This document shows positions 46,884 through 55,709 of a stretch of DNA of 64,000 nucleotides, one piece after another. Both the position numbers and the translations under genes were made by a program. Below the pieces are notes generated by a model. That model saw only the letters and a list, made by a program, of their open reading frames with translations. It did not search any database and was not told where the DNA came from. The DNA lies in the NCBI GenBank assembly GCA_046758005.1, contig JBHHZJ010000004.1, positions 2,766 to 66,765 on the forward strand, given 5' to 3'. The stretch is from Kiloniellaceae bacterium. GTDB lineage: Bacteria; Pseudomonadota; Alphaproteobacteria; Kiloniellales; J153. Every line of letters begins with the position of its first letter. The first letter of the stretch is position 1.

Positions 46884-47886
46884 ATTCATCGGCCTCTTTC
46901 TGGCCGTGCTCCTGGCCCTTCTGGTGGCCCCGCACGTGCAGAAGCACGCCGATACCGTATGGACGGGCCTGACCAGATTCACCTTCGTCCAGAGAAACGG
47001 CGTCGCCCTGTCCACGTACCTGGTGCTGACGGTGGTGGTCTGGACCCTGTTCATGATCATCCTGCCGCAGATCTACATGGTGGACTTCTCCTTCCGGCAC
47101 AATCTGCTGCCGGCGGAGATCGGCGGGCCCAAGGACGTCTACACGTTGAAGAATTACGAGTACCTGATCTTCGGCCGGGCGGGCGACGAGGAGCTGTTCA
47201 ACGTCCTCCACCTGAAGGTATTCGGCCGGACCATCCTCGCCAGCGTCCTGGTCACCCTCTTCGACTTCGCCGTCTGTTACCCGATCGCCTACTACATGGC
47301 GCAGGTCGCCCGCGGCGGCAAATCCCGGCTTCTTGTGCTCTGTCTGATCCTGCCCTTCTGGGTCAACGAGATCCTGCGCGCCTTCGCGTTCCGGATCCTG
47401 TTCGGCACGGGCGGCGTCATCAACGCGGTGCTGACGGGACTCGGGTTGGTCGATCAGCCGATCGACTTCCTGAGGGCCGACGTGGGCCTCTATGCCGGCT
47501 TGAGCTACGCGTACATCCTGCTGATGATCTTCCCGATCTACAACGCGATCGAGAGCCTGGACCACAATCAGATCGAGGCGGCCCGCGATCTCGGCAGCCC
47601 CTGGTGGCGGATCCATTTCCGTGTCGTGATGCCGCACGCCAAGCCGGGTATCGCCTCCGGGTGCACGATGGTCTTCATGCTGTCCGCCGGCGCGCTTGCG
47701 GTCCCGCAGATCCTCGGCGGGCCGAGCAGCCTGTGGTTCACCCAGATCATCTATCAGTGGTTCAACACGGGCGGCAACTGGCCGCAGGGCTCCGCATACG
47801 CCTTTGTTCTGCTGGTGTCGTCCATCGTGTTCGTGCTGGCCGTGATGCGGATCTTCAAGGTCAAGCTGGGGGAGATCGCGAAATGA
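46876..47886 (+). CDS. ABC transporter permease (PotB-like)
   Basis: Polytopic protein with the EAA loop region IEAARDLGSPWWRIHFRVVMP. The start overlaps the ATPase stop by 8 nt. Confidence 0.85.
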   Translation: MSEFIGLFLAVLLALLVAPHVQKHADTVWTGLTRFTFVQRNGVALSTYLVLTVVVWTLFMIILPQIYMVDFSFRHNLLPAEIGGPKDVYTLKNYEYLIFGRAGDEELFNVLHLKVFGRTILASVLVTLFDFAVCYPIAYYMAQVARGGKSRLLVLCLILPFWVNEILRAFAFRILFGTGGVINAVLTGLGLVDQPIDFLRADVGLYAGLSYAYILLMIFPIYNAIESLDHNQIEAARDLGSPWWRIHFRVVMPHAKPGIASGCTMVFMLSAGALAVPQILGGPSSLWFTQIIYQWFNTGGNWPQGSAYAFVLLVSSIVFVLAVMRIFKVKLGEIAK

Positions 47887-48785
47887 GGTCCGCGACCGTC
47901 ATGAAGGTCATGGTCGGCTTCTACATCGTGCTGTTCTTCGGCTACCTGTTCGGCCCCCTGGTCATGATGGGGACCGCCGCTTTCAACAACAGCTCCTTCC
48001 CCCAGGTGACGCCGTGGGAAGGATTTACCCTTAGGTGGTTCGGAGAGATCGTGCGGCAAAGCAACATGGTCGAGGGCATCACCAACAGCCTGTGGATCGG
48101 CCTGGGCGTGGTCTTCCTCGCGGTGCCCATCGGCCTGGCCGCCGCGCTGATGATGACCCAGATCTACGAGCGGGTCCGTCCCATCTATTACACCATCGTG
48201 GTCTCGCCGGTGCTGACGCCGGGCGTGATCCTCGGGATTTCGACCCTGGTGTTCTGGGACAAACTGGGCACCCTGGCCCAAGCGGAGTACGAGTCCCTTT
48301 ATTACAATGGGATGTTCCTGACGATCATCGGCCAATCCACCTTCATTTCCGCCTATTGCATGCTCGTGTTCCTGGCCCGGCTGCAGCGCTTCGACCGGAC
48401 CCAGGAGGAGGCCGCCCTGGACCTCGGCGCGACCCACGCCCAGGTGTTCTGGAAGATTCTGATCCCCTTCCTCAGGCCGGCGATTTTCTCCGCCGCGGTC
48501 CTGGCGTTTTTGACCTCGTTCGAGAACTACAACACGACCGTGTTCACCATCCAGGCGGACAGTACGCTCACCACCGTGCTGGCCGGCAAGGTCAGGCTGG
48601 GCACCAAGCCGGACATCAGCGCGCTCGCCGTGATCATCGTCGCGATCACGCTGCTTGGGGCGGTGACGCACGAGATCATGCGCCGGCGCGAGATGGCCAA
48701 GCAAGAAGTGGCGCGGGAAGCCGCGAAACGGGCCGAGGCCGCCGCGGACATGCAACTCGCGGCGCGGCCCCTCACCGCCTCGTAG
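47883..48785 (+). CDS. ABC transporter permease (PotC-like)
   Basis: EAA loop QEEAALDLGATHAQVFWKILIPFLRP. ATGA overlap with the upstream permease. Confidence 0.85.
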   Translation: MRSATVMKVMVGFYIVLFFGYLFGPLVMMGTAAFNNSSFPQVTPWEGFTLRWFGEIVRQSNMVEGITNSLWIGLGVVFLAVPIGLAAALMMTQIYERVRPIYYTIVVSPVLTPGVILGISTLVFWDKLGTLAQAEYESLYYNGMFLTIIGQSTFISAYCMLVFLARLQRFDRTQEEAALDLGATHAQVFWKILIPFLRPAIFSAAVLAFLTSFENYNTTVFTIQADSTLTTVLAGKVRLGTKPDISALAVIIVAITLLGAVTHEIMRRREMAKQEVAREAAKRAEAAADMQLAARPLTAS

Positions 48786-48841
48786 GGTCGAGGCGACCGC
48801 TCCGGGCACGGCCGCGGTTCGACGCCCGAAGGAGGCTGACG

Positions 48842-49195
48842 ATGCGCAAAAAAACAGGGGCGCTTGCCTTGCTCCTCGTCGCCTATGCTGCCGCGGCCGC
48901 CGCACAGGCGTGCGAGGACGGCCAGGTCCTCAATCCCGGCGAGAGCTGTATTGTCACCGTCAAATGGGGCCATGACCACACGATCACCGGCGCGTTTCCG
49001 GCCAACGGCGAAAACTACATCGAGTTCAGCCACGTCGAAGGCCAATGCAATGTGGCCCTGTTCGGGCCCGCCGAGGGCCTGCTCGGACCGGACCAGCCGC
49101 CGCTCAAGAGCGCCGCTCCCGGCGAGTACCACCTGTTCACGCGCGCGATCACGGTGGCAAAGCAAACCTGCAGATATCGCGTCGCCGTCGACTGA
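48842..49195 (+). CDS. Small secreted 4-Cys protein, hypothetical
   Basis: SD AAGGAGG, signal peptide MRKKTGALALLLVAYAAAAAAQA, beta-rich mature part with 4 Cys. Lies 56 nt after the permease. Confidence 0.55.
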   Translation: MRKKTGALALLLVAYAAAAAAQACEDGQVLNPGESCIVTVKWGHDHTITGAFPANGENYIEFSHVEGQCNVALFGPAEGLLGPDQPPLKSAAPGEYHLFTRAITVAKQTCRYRVAVD

Positions 49196-49427
49196 ACGCC
49201 GAACTTCTCTGATGGGGCGCCCGCGACGGTTCGGCGGCTGCGCAGCCGGATCACGACTTTCTCGGAAAAAATCACGACTTTGTGATCGCCGTCACTGCGG
49301 GTTCGCCCGCGCCTCCCAAAATAGCGAGAGCAGATAACCGATCCTGCCGGTGTGGTTCCCGGTGAAGGCCGCGCCGAACGCACTCCGGTCTGACATGAGC
49401 CGGGGAGAAGTTACGGGAGGTTTGTCA

Positions 49428-51134
49428 ATGGGTACGATCGAAGATCTCACTCCTTGGATCGGCGCGTCAATCGTCGTCGCCGTCGCGATTTCCCACTTCA
49501 ACGCTCCGCCGCCGCCACGGCCGCACCTGCCCAAGGGCGTGCCCCGTTTGGTGGGCACCATGGTCAAGTGGTTCAAGGCCGGGGATGAGCGTGCCGGGAG
49601 CCTGCTCGCTTACTATCCGCCGCCGCGCGCGAACACGACCCTGCTCAAGTTCGAGCTTTGCCGGGCGGCTTACGTGGTGCTCGGGCTCGTAATCTACCTC
49701 ACTCTTAACGCGGCCCCGATCGTGCGCGGACAGTTCGAACAGATCATGGTTATCGCCAGCGGCGTCATTCCGGGTGCCGAGGCCATTTCCTTGGCGCAGG
49801 CCGGACCCCTGGTCCTCGGTTTCATCGTCGCGGTGATCCTTCCCGCCATGCCGCCGTTCAAGGGCGCCGACGAGAGCATACGGCGCGCGCTCTACGAGGG
49901 CGCTTCGATCCCGGCCCGCCAGCTTCGCGAGAGCTCCCGCTTGAAAGAGGCGGAGTACGAGCCGGATCAACAGCTGTTGGAACGGGTGCGCCACAAGCTG
50001 GCGCCCGAGGGCTTCGATCCCTCGGACATCGTCTACAAGCCGGGGAAACCGACGACCCGCTCCCTGTGGACCAAGTGCTGCCTGCTGATCCAGCACATGC
50101 GGGATTGGCAAGTGGACAACAGGTACTCGACCGCATTCGCCGTGCTCGCGGAGCCGGACGGGGGGACCCGAAGCATCGAGCGGATCGAGCAGGCCCACGC
50201 CGCGCTCATGGGCGATGCGAAGGCGTGTCTCAAGGCCCTGCGCGAGCAGCGCCACGCCCCCGAGACCGCCGAGCGCGAGGAGAAATTCCGCCGGAATTGC
50301 AAGGACCTCCTGCTCATGGTCTACCATCTGCTCAGCCGTGTCTCGCTTCACTCCCATTACAGCGACCGGGAGCGTGTCCGCTGTATGGGCGAGATCGGCT
50401 TCCGGTTGCAGCCGGATCGGGGCGGGCCCGTCCCGGACGGCCACGACCTGGCGTACCTGGGCATCCTGTTGGGGGCAGTCCTTATGCTGCCGTTGTCGTT
50501 CGTGCTCGGCTTCACCAAGGCTTTGATCATCGCGGCGATCATGTATTCCGTCGTGCTCATGCCCGTGATGCTGGCGCACTGGTTCCACGGCTTCACCGGT
50601 GGCGCGCAACGGCTGGCGTTCCCGATCGTCTCGGGCCTCGCGGCCGCCTCGGTGGGCGCGGCGATCGGTATAGTCTGCTTCGAGTCCGGCGATCTCATGG
50701 CGGGCTGGGAGCGCTACGCGGCAAGGTCCTATCCGTGGAGCGCGCTGCACGCCCTGCTCTCCGCGCTGATCGCCTGGCGCATGGGGGCCGGCAGCTACCC
50801 CGACAGCAGAAGACTCACGGGACTCGCCCGCTACAGGGAATGGGGCAGCCTGCGTGACGCGGCGATTTTCGCCGTAGCGGTTGCGGTGTTGATGACGCAG
50901 TACGTCCTGCCGAGGTTCGCCACGCTGATCGACAAGCCGGACATCGCGACCGACCCGGTGCGCGTGGCCATCGGCACACTGGCCGCCGCCGTCATCGGCT
51001 TCCTGGTGCCCACATGGTACCGCGCAAACCTCCGCCGGATGGCGACGCACGCCGATACCGCCCCGCCGGCGCCGGATCGTGTTGATCCGGCCCCGCCGCA
51101 CGCCTCGCCGGAACGGCTGCGGCCCGCGGCGTGA
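49428..51134 (+). CDS. 568-aa polytopic membrane protein of unknown function
   Basis: SD GGGAGG before the ATG at 49428. N-terminal TM segments, a roughly 200-aa charged helical central region, and a C-terminal bundle of TM helices. No motif recognised. Confidence 0.6.
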   Translation: MGTIEDLTPWIGASIVVAVAISHFNAPPPPRPHLPKGVPRLVGTMVKWFKAGDERAGSLLAYYPPPRANTTLLKFELCRAAYVVLGLVIYLTLNAAPIVRGQFEQIMVIASGVIPGAEAISLAQAGPLVLGFIVAVILPAMPPFKGADESIRRALYEGASIPARQLRESSRLKEAEYEPDQQLLERVRHKLAPEGFDPSDIVYKPGKPTTRSLWTKCCLLIQHMRDWQVDNRYSTAFAVLAEPDGGTRSIERIEQAHAALMGDAKACLKALREQRHAPETAEREEKFRRNCKDLLLMVYHLLSRVSLHSHYSDRERVRCMGEIGFRLQPDRGGPVPDGHDLAYLGILLGAVLMLPLSFVLGFTKALIIAAIMYSVVLMPVMLAHWFHGFTGGAQRLAFPIVSGLAAASVGAAIGIVCFESGDLMAGWERYAARSYPWSALHALLSALIAWRMGAGSYPDSRRLTGLARYREWGSLRDAAIFAVAVAVLMTQYVLPRFATLIDKPDIATDPVRVAIGTLAAAVIGFLVPTWYRANLRRMATHADTAPPAPDRVDPAPPHASPERLRPAA

Positions 51135-51211
51135 CGCTTTGCACGGTGTCGCCGCCTTTCGGAGGTCCTTCACACCCGCCTTGATGCCCGCGCCGGCCCG
51201 GCCCGAACCGG

Positions 51212-51589
51212 CTACGACATCCTTGGCGGATCGCTGAAAAACTCCCCGATCACTTCTTTCTTGGTGTCGATCGAGACCTGGGACAGCGCCATGGCCTTGC
51301 CGTGCTGGGTCCAGCCCATCTTGAGGTAGACGGTCTTCTCCAGGCGCAGGATGTCCATGTAGGCGCGGTAATGGGCGATATCGAGGTGGGCGGTCGCGGT
51401 CTGCGCCTCGAAATCGCCGGTCGGCTTGGGCGGCTCGTCCGCGCCGTAGGCCTCGAACACGGCGACGGCCCGGTTGGCGTTGTCGTCGTCGTACAGGCGC
51501 ACGGTGATGTAGGAGTGCGCGTGGTCCGCGGCCCGCTTGGTGAGCACCTGGACCGTGTACCTGGTGATTCGGTGAACCGTGATGGACAT
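51212..51589 (-). CDS. 125-aa soluble protein of unknown function (last gene of the minus-strand catabolic operon)
   Basis: Clean ORF with coding-like composition (MSITVHRITRYTVQVLTKRAADHAHSYITVRLYDDD...), 114 nt downstream of the aminotransferase. Confidence 0.5.
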   Translation of the reverse strand: MSITVHRITRYTVQVLTKRAADHAHSYITVRLYDDDNANRAVAVFEAYGADEPPKPTGDFEAQTATAHLDIAHYRAYMDILRLEKTVYLKMGWTQHGKAMALSQVSIDTKKEVIGEFFSDPPRMS

Positions 51590-51703
51590 TTCGTGGCGCT
51601 CGCTCGCTCAACCTGACCCGCATGGTCAGACGGTGGTGGACGGCCATCGCCCGGCGCCCACCGCCCTCCCCTCTCGCTGGAAGGCCGGTCACGGGGGGAT
51701 TCG

Positions 51704-53023
51704 TCAGTGCGTCTTCAGCACCTCGCGCAGCTTGGTGAACAACTCGTCGATGTGCCTTTCTTCGCAGATGAGCGGTGGTGAAACCAGCACGGTGTCGCCG
51801 GTCAGCTTGACGATGAGCCCGGCGTCGTAAAGCTGCTGCGTCACCGCCAACCCGCGCAGGCCGGGCGCGTCCTTGGGTGCGAGGTCGATGCCGCCCAGCA
51901 TGCCGTAGCCGCGGATGTCGGTCACCACGGCCAGGTCCTGCAGCGCGTACAGGGCCTCGAGGAAGGACGGTGACATCCTGGCCGCTCTCTCCACGAGCTG
52001 CTCCCGCTCGAAGATGTCCCGGGTGCTGATGGCCGCCGCCGTCGCGACCGGGCAGCCGGAGTAGGTGTAGCCGTGGAACAGCTCGACCGAGGTCTCCGGC
52101 ACGGCGCTCGTGATCGTCTCGTAGATCCGGTCGCTCACAGCCACCGCGCCCATGGGCACGACACCGTTGGTCAGCGCCTTGGCCATGGTGATCATGTCCG
52201 GCACGGTGCCGAAGCTGTCGGAGCCGAACTGTTTTCCCGTCCGTCCGAAGGCGCAGATCACCTCGTCGAAGATGAGCAGGATGTGGTGCCGGTCGCAGAT
52301 CTCCCGCAGACGGCTGAGATAGCCCTTGGGCGGGACCAAGCAGCCCGTCGAGCCCGCGATCGGCTCGACGATGCAGGCGGCGATGGAATCGGGGCCGTGC
52401 AGGTCCACGAAGCGTTGCAGGTCATCGGCGAGCTCCGCCCCGGTCTCGGGCTGACCCACGGTAAACCTGTGTTCGGGCAGGAGGGTGTGACGCAGGTGCA
52501 GGACGCCGGGCAGGCCCAGCCCGAAGGCCTGCTTGTTCTTCACCATGCCGGCGACCGAAACCCCGCCGAAGTTGACGCCGTGGTAGGCGCGCTCGCGCCC
52601 GACCAGGCGCATGCGTTGCCCCTCGCCGCGGGCCCTGTGGTAGGCGAGCGCGATTTTGAGCGCGCTGTCCACGGCCTCGGAGCCGGAATTGGCGAAGAAC
52701 ACGTGGTTCAGGTCGCCCGGAGTGATCGCCGCAAGGCGCCGGGACAGCTCGAAGCTGCCGGGGGTGCCGTACTGGAACGGCGGGGCGTAATCCAGCTCGA
52801 TCAGCGTGCCCTGCACGGCCTCGGCGATCTCGCGCCGCCCATGGCCGGCGGCCACGCAGAACAGGCCCGCGGAGCCGTCGAGGACCTTGTCGCCCTTGTG
52901 GGTCGTGTAGTACATGCCCTCTGCGCCGACGATGAGGCGCGGGTTCGCCTTGAAATGCCGGTTCGCGGTGAACGGCATCCAGTGCTGCTCGAGCGAGTTG
53001 GGGATCTTCGGTATCGTCGTCAT
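51704..53023 (-). CDS. Class III (omega) aminotransferase, pyruvate-dependent type (taurine- or beta-alanine--pyruvate transaminase-like)
   Basis: HWMPFTANRHF..., SGSEAVDSALK and DEVICAFGRTG blocks closely resemble omega-amino acid:pyruvate aminotransferases. Confidence 0.9.
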   Translation of the reverse strand: MTTIPKIPNSLEQHWMPFTANRHFKANPRLIVGAEGMYYTTHKGDKVLDGSAGLFCVAAGHGRREIAEAVQGTLIELDYAPPFQYGTPGSFELSRRLAAITPGDLNHVFFANSGSEAVDSALKIALAYHRARGEGQRMRLVGRERAYHGVNFGGVSVAGMVKNKQAFGLGLPGVLHLRHTLLPEHRFTVGQPETGAELADDLQRFVDLHGPDSIAACIVEPIAGSTGCLVPPKGYLSRLREICDRHHILLIFDEVICAFGRTGKQFGSDSFGTVPDMITMAKALTNGVVPMGAVAVSDRIYETITSAVPETSVELFHGYTYSGCPVATAAAISTRDIFEREQLVERAARMSPSFLEALYALQDLAVVTDIRGYGMLGGIDLAPKDAPGLRGLAVTQQLYDAGLIVKLTGDTVLVSPPLICEERHIDELFTKLREVLKTH

Positions 53024-53183
53024 GAGCGTGGCCTGTTCAGCGGGAGGTGCAGCCCGGACAGCTTAGTCTCGGGGGCCATTTGCGGCCTAGGACCAGTTCG
53101 CCGATTTCTTTGAGGCCAAGGGACCCGGCCCGGCCGGGGCTTCGTGTGGGCCAGGGCGCGCCCCCCCGGGCGCGCTCGCCCGG

Positions 53184-54491
53184 CTACCAGTACGCGAGCG
53201 CGTCCTTGTACAGGCCGGCCAGCTCGTCCTTGCTGATCGTCCGGGGCGCGTTGTCGAGCAGCCGCCTCTGCGGGAATGCAGCCGCGGCGAGCGCCGGGAT
53301 ATCGTCCGTGGTGTAGCCGACGCCGCCGATGCCGTTCGGCATCCCGGTGGTCTTCATGAGCGAGACGACCTGCCCAGCCAGCACCGCGCCGGCGTCCTCC
53401 TCCCCTGCCCCGCGGGTGTCCGCGCCCAGCCAGCTCGCGGCCTCCAGGTGGCGGTCCGGGCAGGCCGGCGCGGTGAACCGGAACACCGACGGCGCGTTGA
53501 CGATGACCGACATGCCGTGCGGCACGATCGGGCCGCTGTCCGGGTAGCCTTCCGGGTGGAACGCGCGGACCATACCCGAGACCGAATACGACATGCCGTG
53601 CGGCGCGTGGCAGCCGGCGTTGCCGAAGGCGATGCCGGCGAGCGTGGCGGCCCACATGAGCTGCGTGCGCGCCTCGTGATCGCCGGCGTCCTTGATCGCG
53701 CGAACCAGATAATGGCCCAGGATCCGCAGCGCCTCCCGGCAGCCCAGGTCGCTCCACGGGTTGGCGCCCTGGCTCATGGGGCGCAGGCTCGGGCGCGCCG
53801 GCGCCTTGCGCTTGGCGTAGGCAAGCGCCGTATAGGATTCCAGGGCGTGAGACAGCACGTCGAAGGCGCTGGCCGCGACCACGTTTTTCGGCAAGGTGTA
53901 GGTGCAGGTCGGGTCGATGAGCGCCATGGTCGGGCGCAGGCGTCGGTGGACGATTCCCGTCTTGGCGTGCATCGACAGAAGATCGAAGATCGCGATGCCG
54001 GTGCATTCGCTGCCGGTCCCGGAGGTGGTCGGACAGGCGATGTGCGGCTTGAGCGGTCCCGGCACCGGCTGGCCCGCCCCGATTGGCGCGTTCACGTAGG
54101 TGAGCAAGTCCGCCGGAAACGTGGAGTAGAGGTTGGCCGCCTTGCAGGTGTCCATGACCGAGCCGCCGCCCACCGAGACGAACCCGTCGAATGCGCCCTC
54201 CCGGGCGAAGCGCGCCGCGGTCAGGAAGGACTCGTCGGTCGGCTCGACGCGCACCTCGTCGTAGACGACAACGTCGATCCCCGCCTGCTCGAGCGAGCGA
54301 CGGACGATGGCCGCATGCTCGAGGCCGGCCAGTACATTGTCCGTGATCAGCGCCGCGCGCTTGATGCCCAGCGCGGCCGCGTGGTCGCCCGCTTCGGCCA
54401 GGACCCCGCCGCCAAAGGCGATCGAAGAGGTGTCGACCGAGAAGGCGCCGTCCCCGCCCTCGGCCGGCGCGTAATAGTGACAGCAAACCAC
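53184..54491 (-). CDS. Iron-containing alcohol dehydrogenase (hydroxyacid-oxoacid transhydrogenase-like subgroup)
   Basis: [20 protein letters not shown], and a His cluster ([17 protein letters not shown]). Confidence 0.9.
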   Translation of the reverse strand: MVCCHYYAPAEGGDGAFSVDTSSIAFGGGVLAEAGDHAAALGIKRAALITDNVLAGLEHAAIVRRSLEQAGIDVVVYDEVRVEPTDESFLTAARFAREGAFDGFVSVGGGSVMDTCKAANLYSTFPADLLTYVNAPIGAGQPVPGPLKPHIACPTTSGTGSECTGIAIFDLLSMHAKTGIVHRRLRPTMALIDPTCTYTLPKNVVAASAFDVLSHALESYTALAYAKRKAPARPSLRPMSQGANPWSDLGCREALRILGHYLVRAIKDAGDHEARTQLMWAATLAGIAFGNAGCHAPHGMSYSVSGMVRAFHPEGYPDSGPIVPHGMSVIVNAPSVFRFTAPACPDRHLEAASWLGADTRGAGEEDAGAVLAGQVVSLMKTTGMPNGIGGVGYTTDDIPALAAAAFPQRRLLDNAPRTISKDELAGLYKDALAYW

Positions 54492-54519
54492 GATGGTATC
54501 CTACGCCGCCGCGCGCGTC

Positions 54520-55638
54520 TTACAAGTCCGCCGCCTCCTCGGGGGCCGTGTAGGGCAGTCCGTGCGCCGCGGCGACGGCCCTGTAGGTCACCTTCCCGAA
54601 GGCCACGTTGAGTCCGTTCTTCAGGTGCGGGTCGTCCGCGAGCGCCCGGCGGTAGCCCTTGTCGGCCAGGGCGAGGGTGAAGGGCAGCGTGGCGTTGTTG
54701 AGCGCGAAGGTCGAGGTGCGCGCGACCGCGCCGGGCATGTTGGTCACGCAGTAATGCACCACGCCGTCCTCGACGTAGGTCGGATCGGTGTGGTTGGTGG
54801 GCCGCGAGGTCTCCGAACAGCCGCCCTGGTCGATGGCGATGTCCACGAACACGGAGCCGGGGCGCATCCGCCGGACCATGTCGCGGGTGACGAGCTTGGG
54901 CGCCGCCGCTCCGGGAACGAGCACGGCCCCGACCACAAGGTCGGCGCCGATGACGTGGGTCTCGATCGAATCCACGGTCGAATAGATCGTGTTCAGCATC
55001 GGCCCGAACTGCAGGTCGAGCGCGTAGAGCCGCTCCAGGCTCTTGTCGATGACGGTGACGTGCGCTTCCATGCCCATGGCCATGCGCGCCGCGTTGGTCC
55101 CCGATACGCCGCCCCCGATGATGACCACGCGCGCCGCGGCCACGCCGGGAACGCCGCCGAGCAGCATGCCCGACCCGCCCTGTTCCTTTTCCAGGCAGTG
55201 GGCGCCGACCTGGACCGACATGCGGCCGGCGACCTCGCTCATGGGCGCGAGCAGCGGCAGGCCGCCGCGCGGGCTGGTCACGGTCTCGTAGGCGATGGCG
55301 ATGCAGCCGGACTCCATCAACCCGCGGGTCTGCGCCAGGTCCGGCGCCAAGTGCAGGTACGTGAACAACACCTGGCCCTCGCGCAGCATGGCGTATTCAC
55401 TGGCCAGCGGCTCCTTCACCTTCACGATCATGTCGGCCTTGGCGAAGATCTCCTCGGCGCTGTCGACGACCTCGGCGCCGGCGCCGCGGTAGGCCTCGTC
55501 GTCGAAACCGATGCCCGCCCCGGCGTTGCTCTCCACGATCACCGCCTGTCCGTGGTGCACCAGTTCGCGCACCGACGCCGGCACCAGGCCGACGCGGTAT
55601 TCCTCGACCTTGATCTCCTTCGGAACCCCTATGAGCAT
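54520..55638 (-). CDS. ald: Alanine dehydrogenase
   Basis: [19 protein letters not shown]-terminus and [14 protein letters not shown] Rossmann motif. 372 aa. Confidence 0.95.
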   Translation of the reverse strand: MLIGVPKEIKVEEYRVGLVPASVRELVHHGQAVIVESNAGAGIGFDDEAYRGAGAEVVDSAEEIFAKADMIVKVKEPLASEYAMLREGQVLFTYLHLAPDLAQTRGLMESGCIAIAYETVTSPRGGLPLLAPMSEVAGRMSVQVGAHCLEKEQGGSGMLLGGVPGVAAARVVIIGGGVSGTNAARMAMGMEAHVTVIDKSLERLYALDLQFGPMLNTIYSTVDSIETHVIGADLVVGAVLVPGAAAPKLVTRDMVRRMRPGSVFVDIAIDQGGCSETSRPTNHTDPTYVEDGVVHYCVTNMPGAVARTSTFALNNATLPFTLALADKGYRRALADDPHLKNGLNVAFGKVTYRAVAAAHGLPYTAPEEAADL

Positions 55639-55709
55639 GGCCCTCGCTCTCCCCTCTGGTCACGGAACGTTCGAACGACGTTTCCATCCTGCGGCGCGGA
55701 ACGATCCTC

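Noticed and set aside
49467-51692. 741-aa minus-strand ORF
   Set aside because: It is antisense to the 568-aa membrane-protein ORF, which has proper TM-helix periodicity and an SD. Its translation is Arg/Gly-rich.
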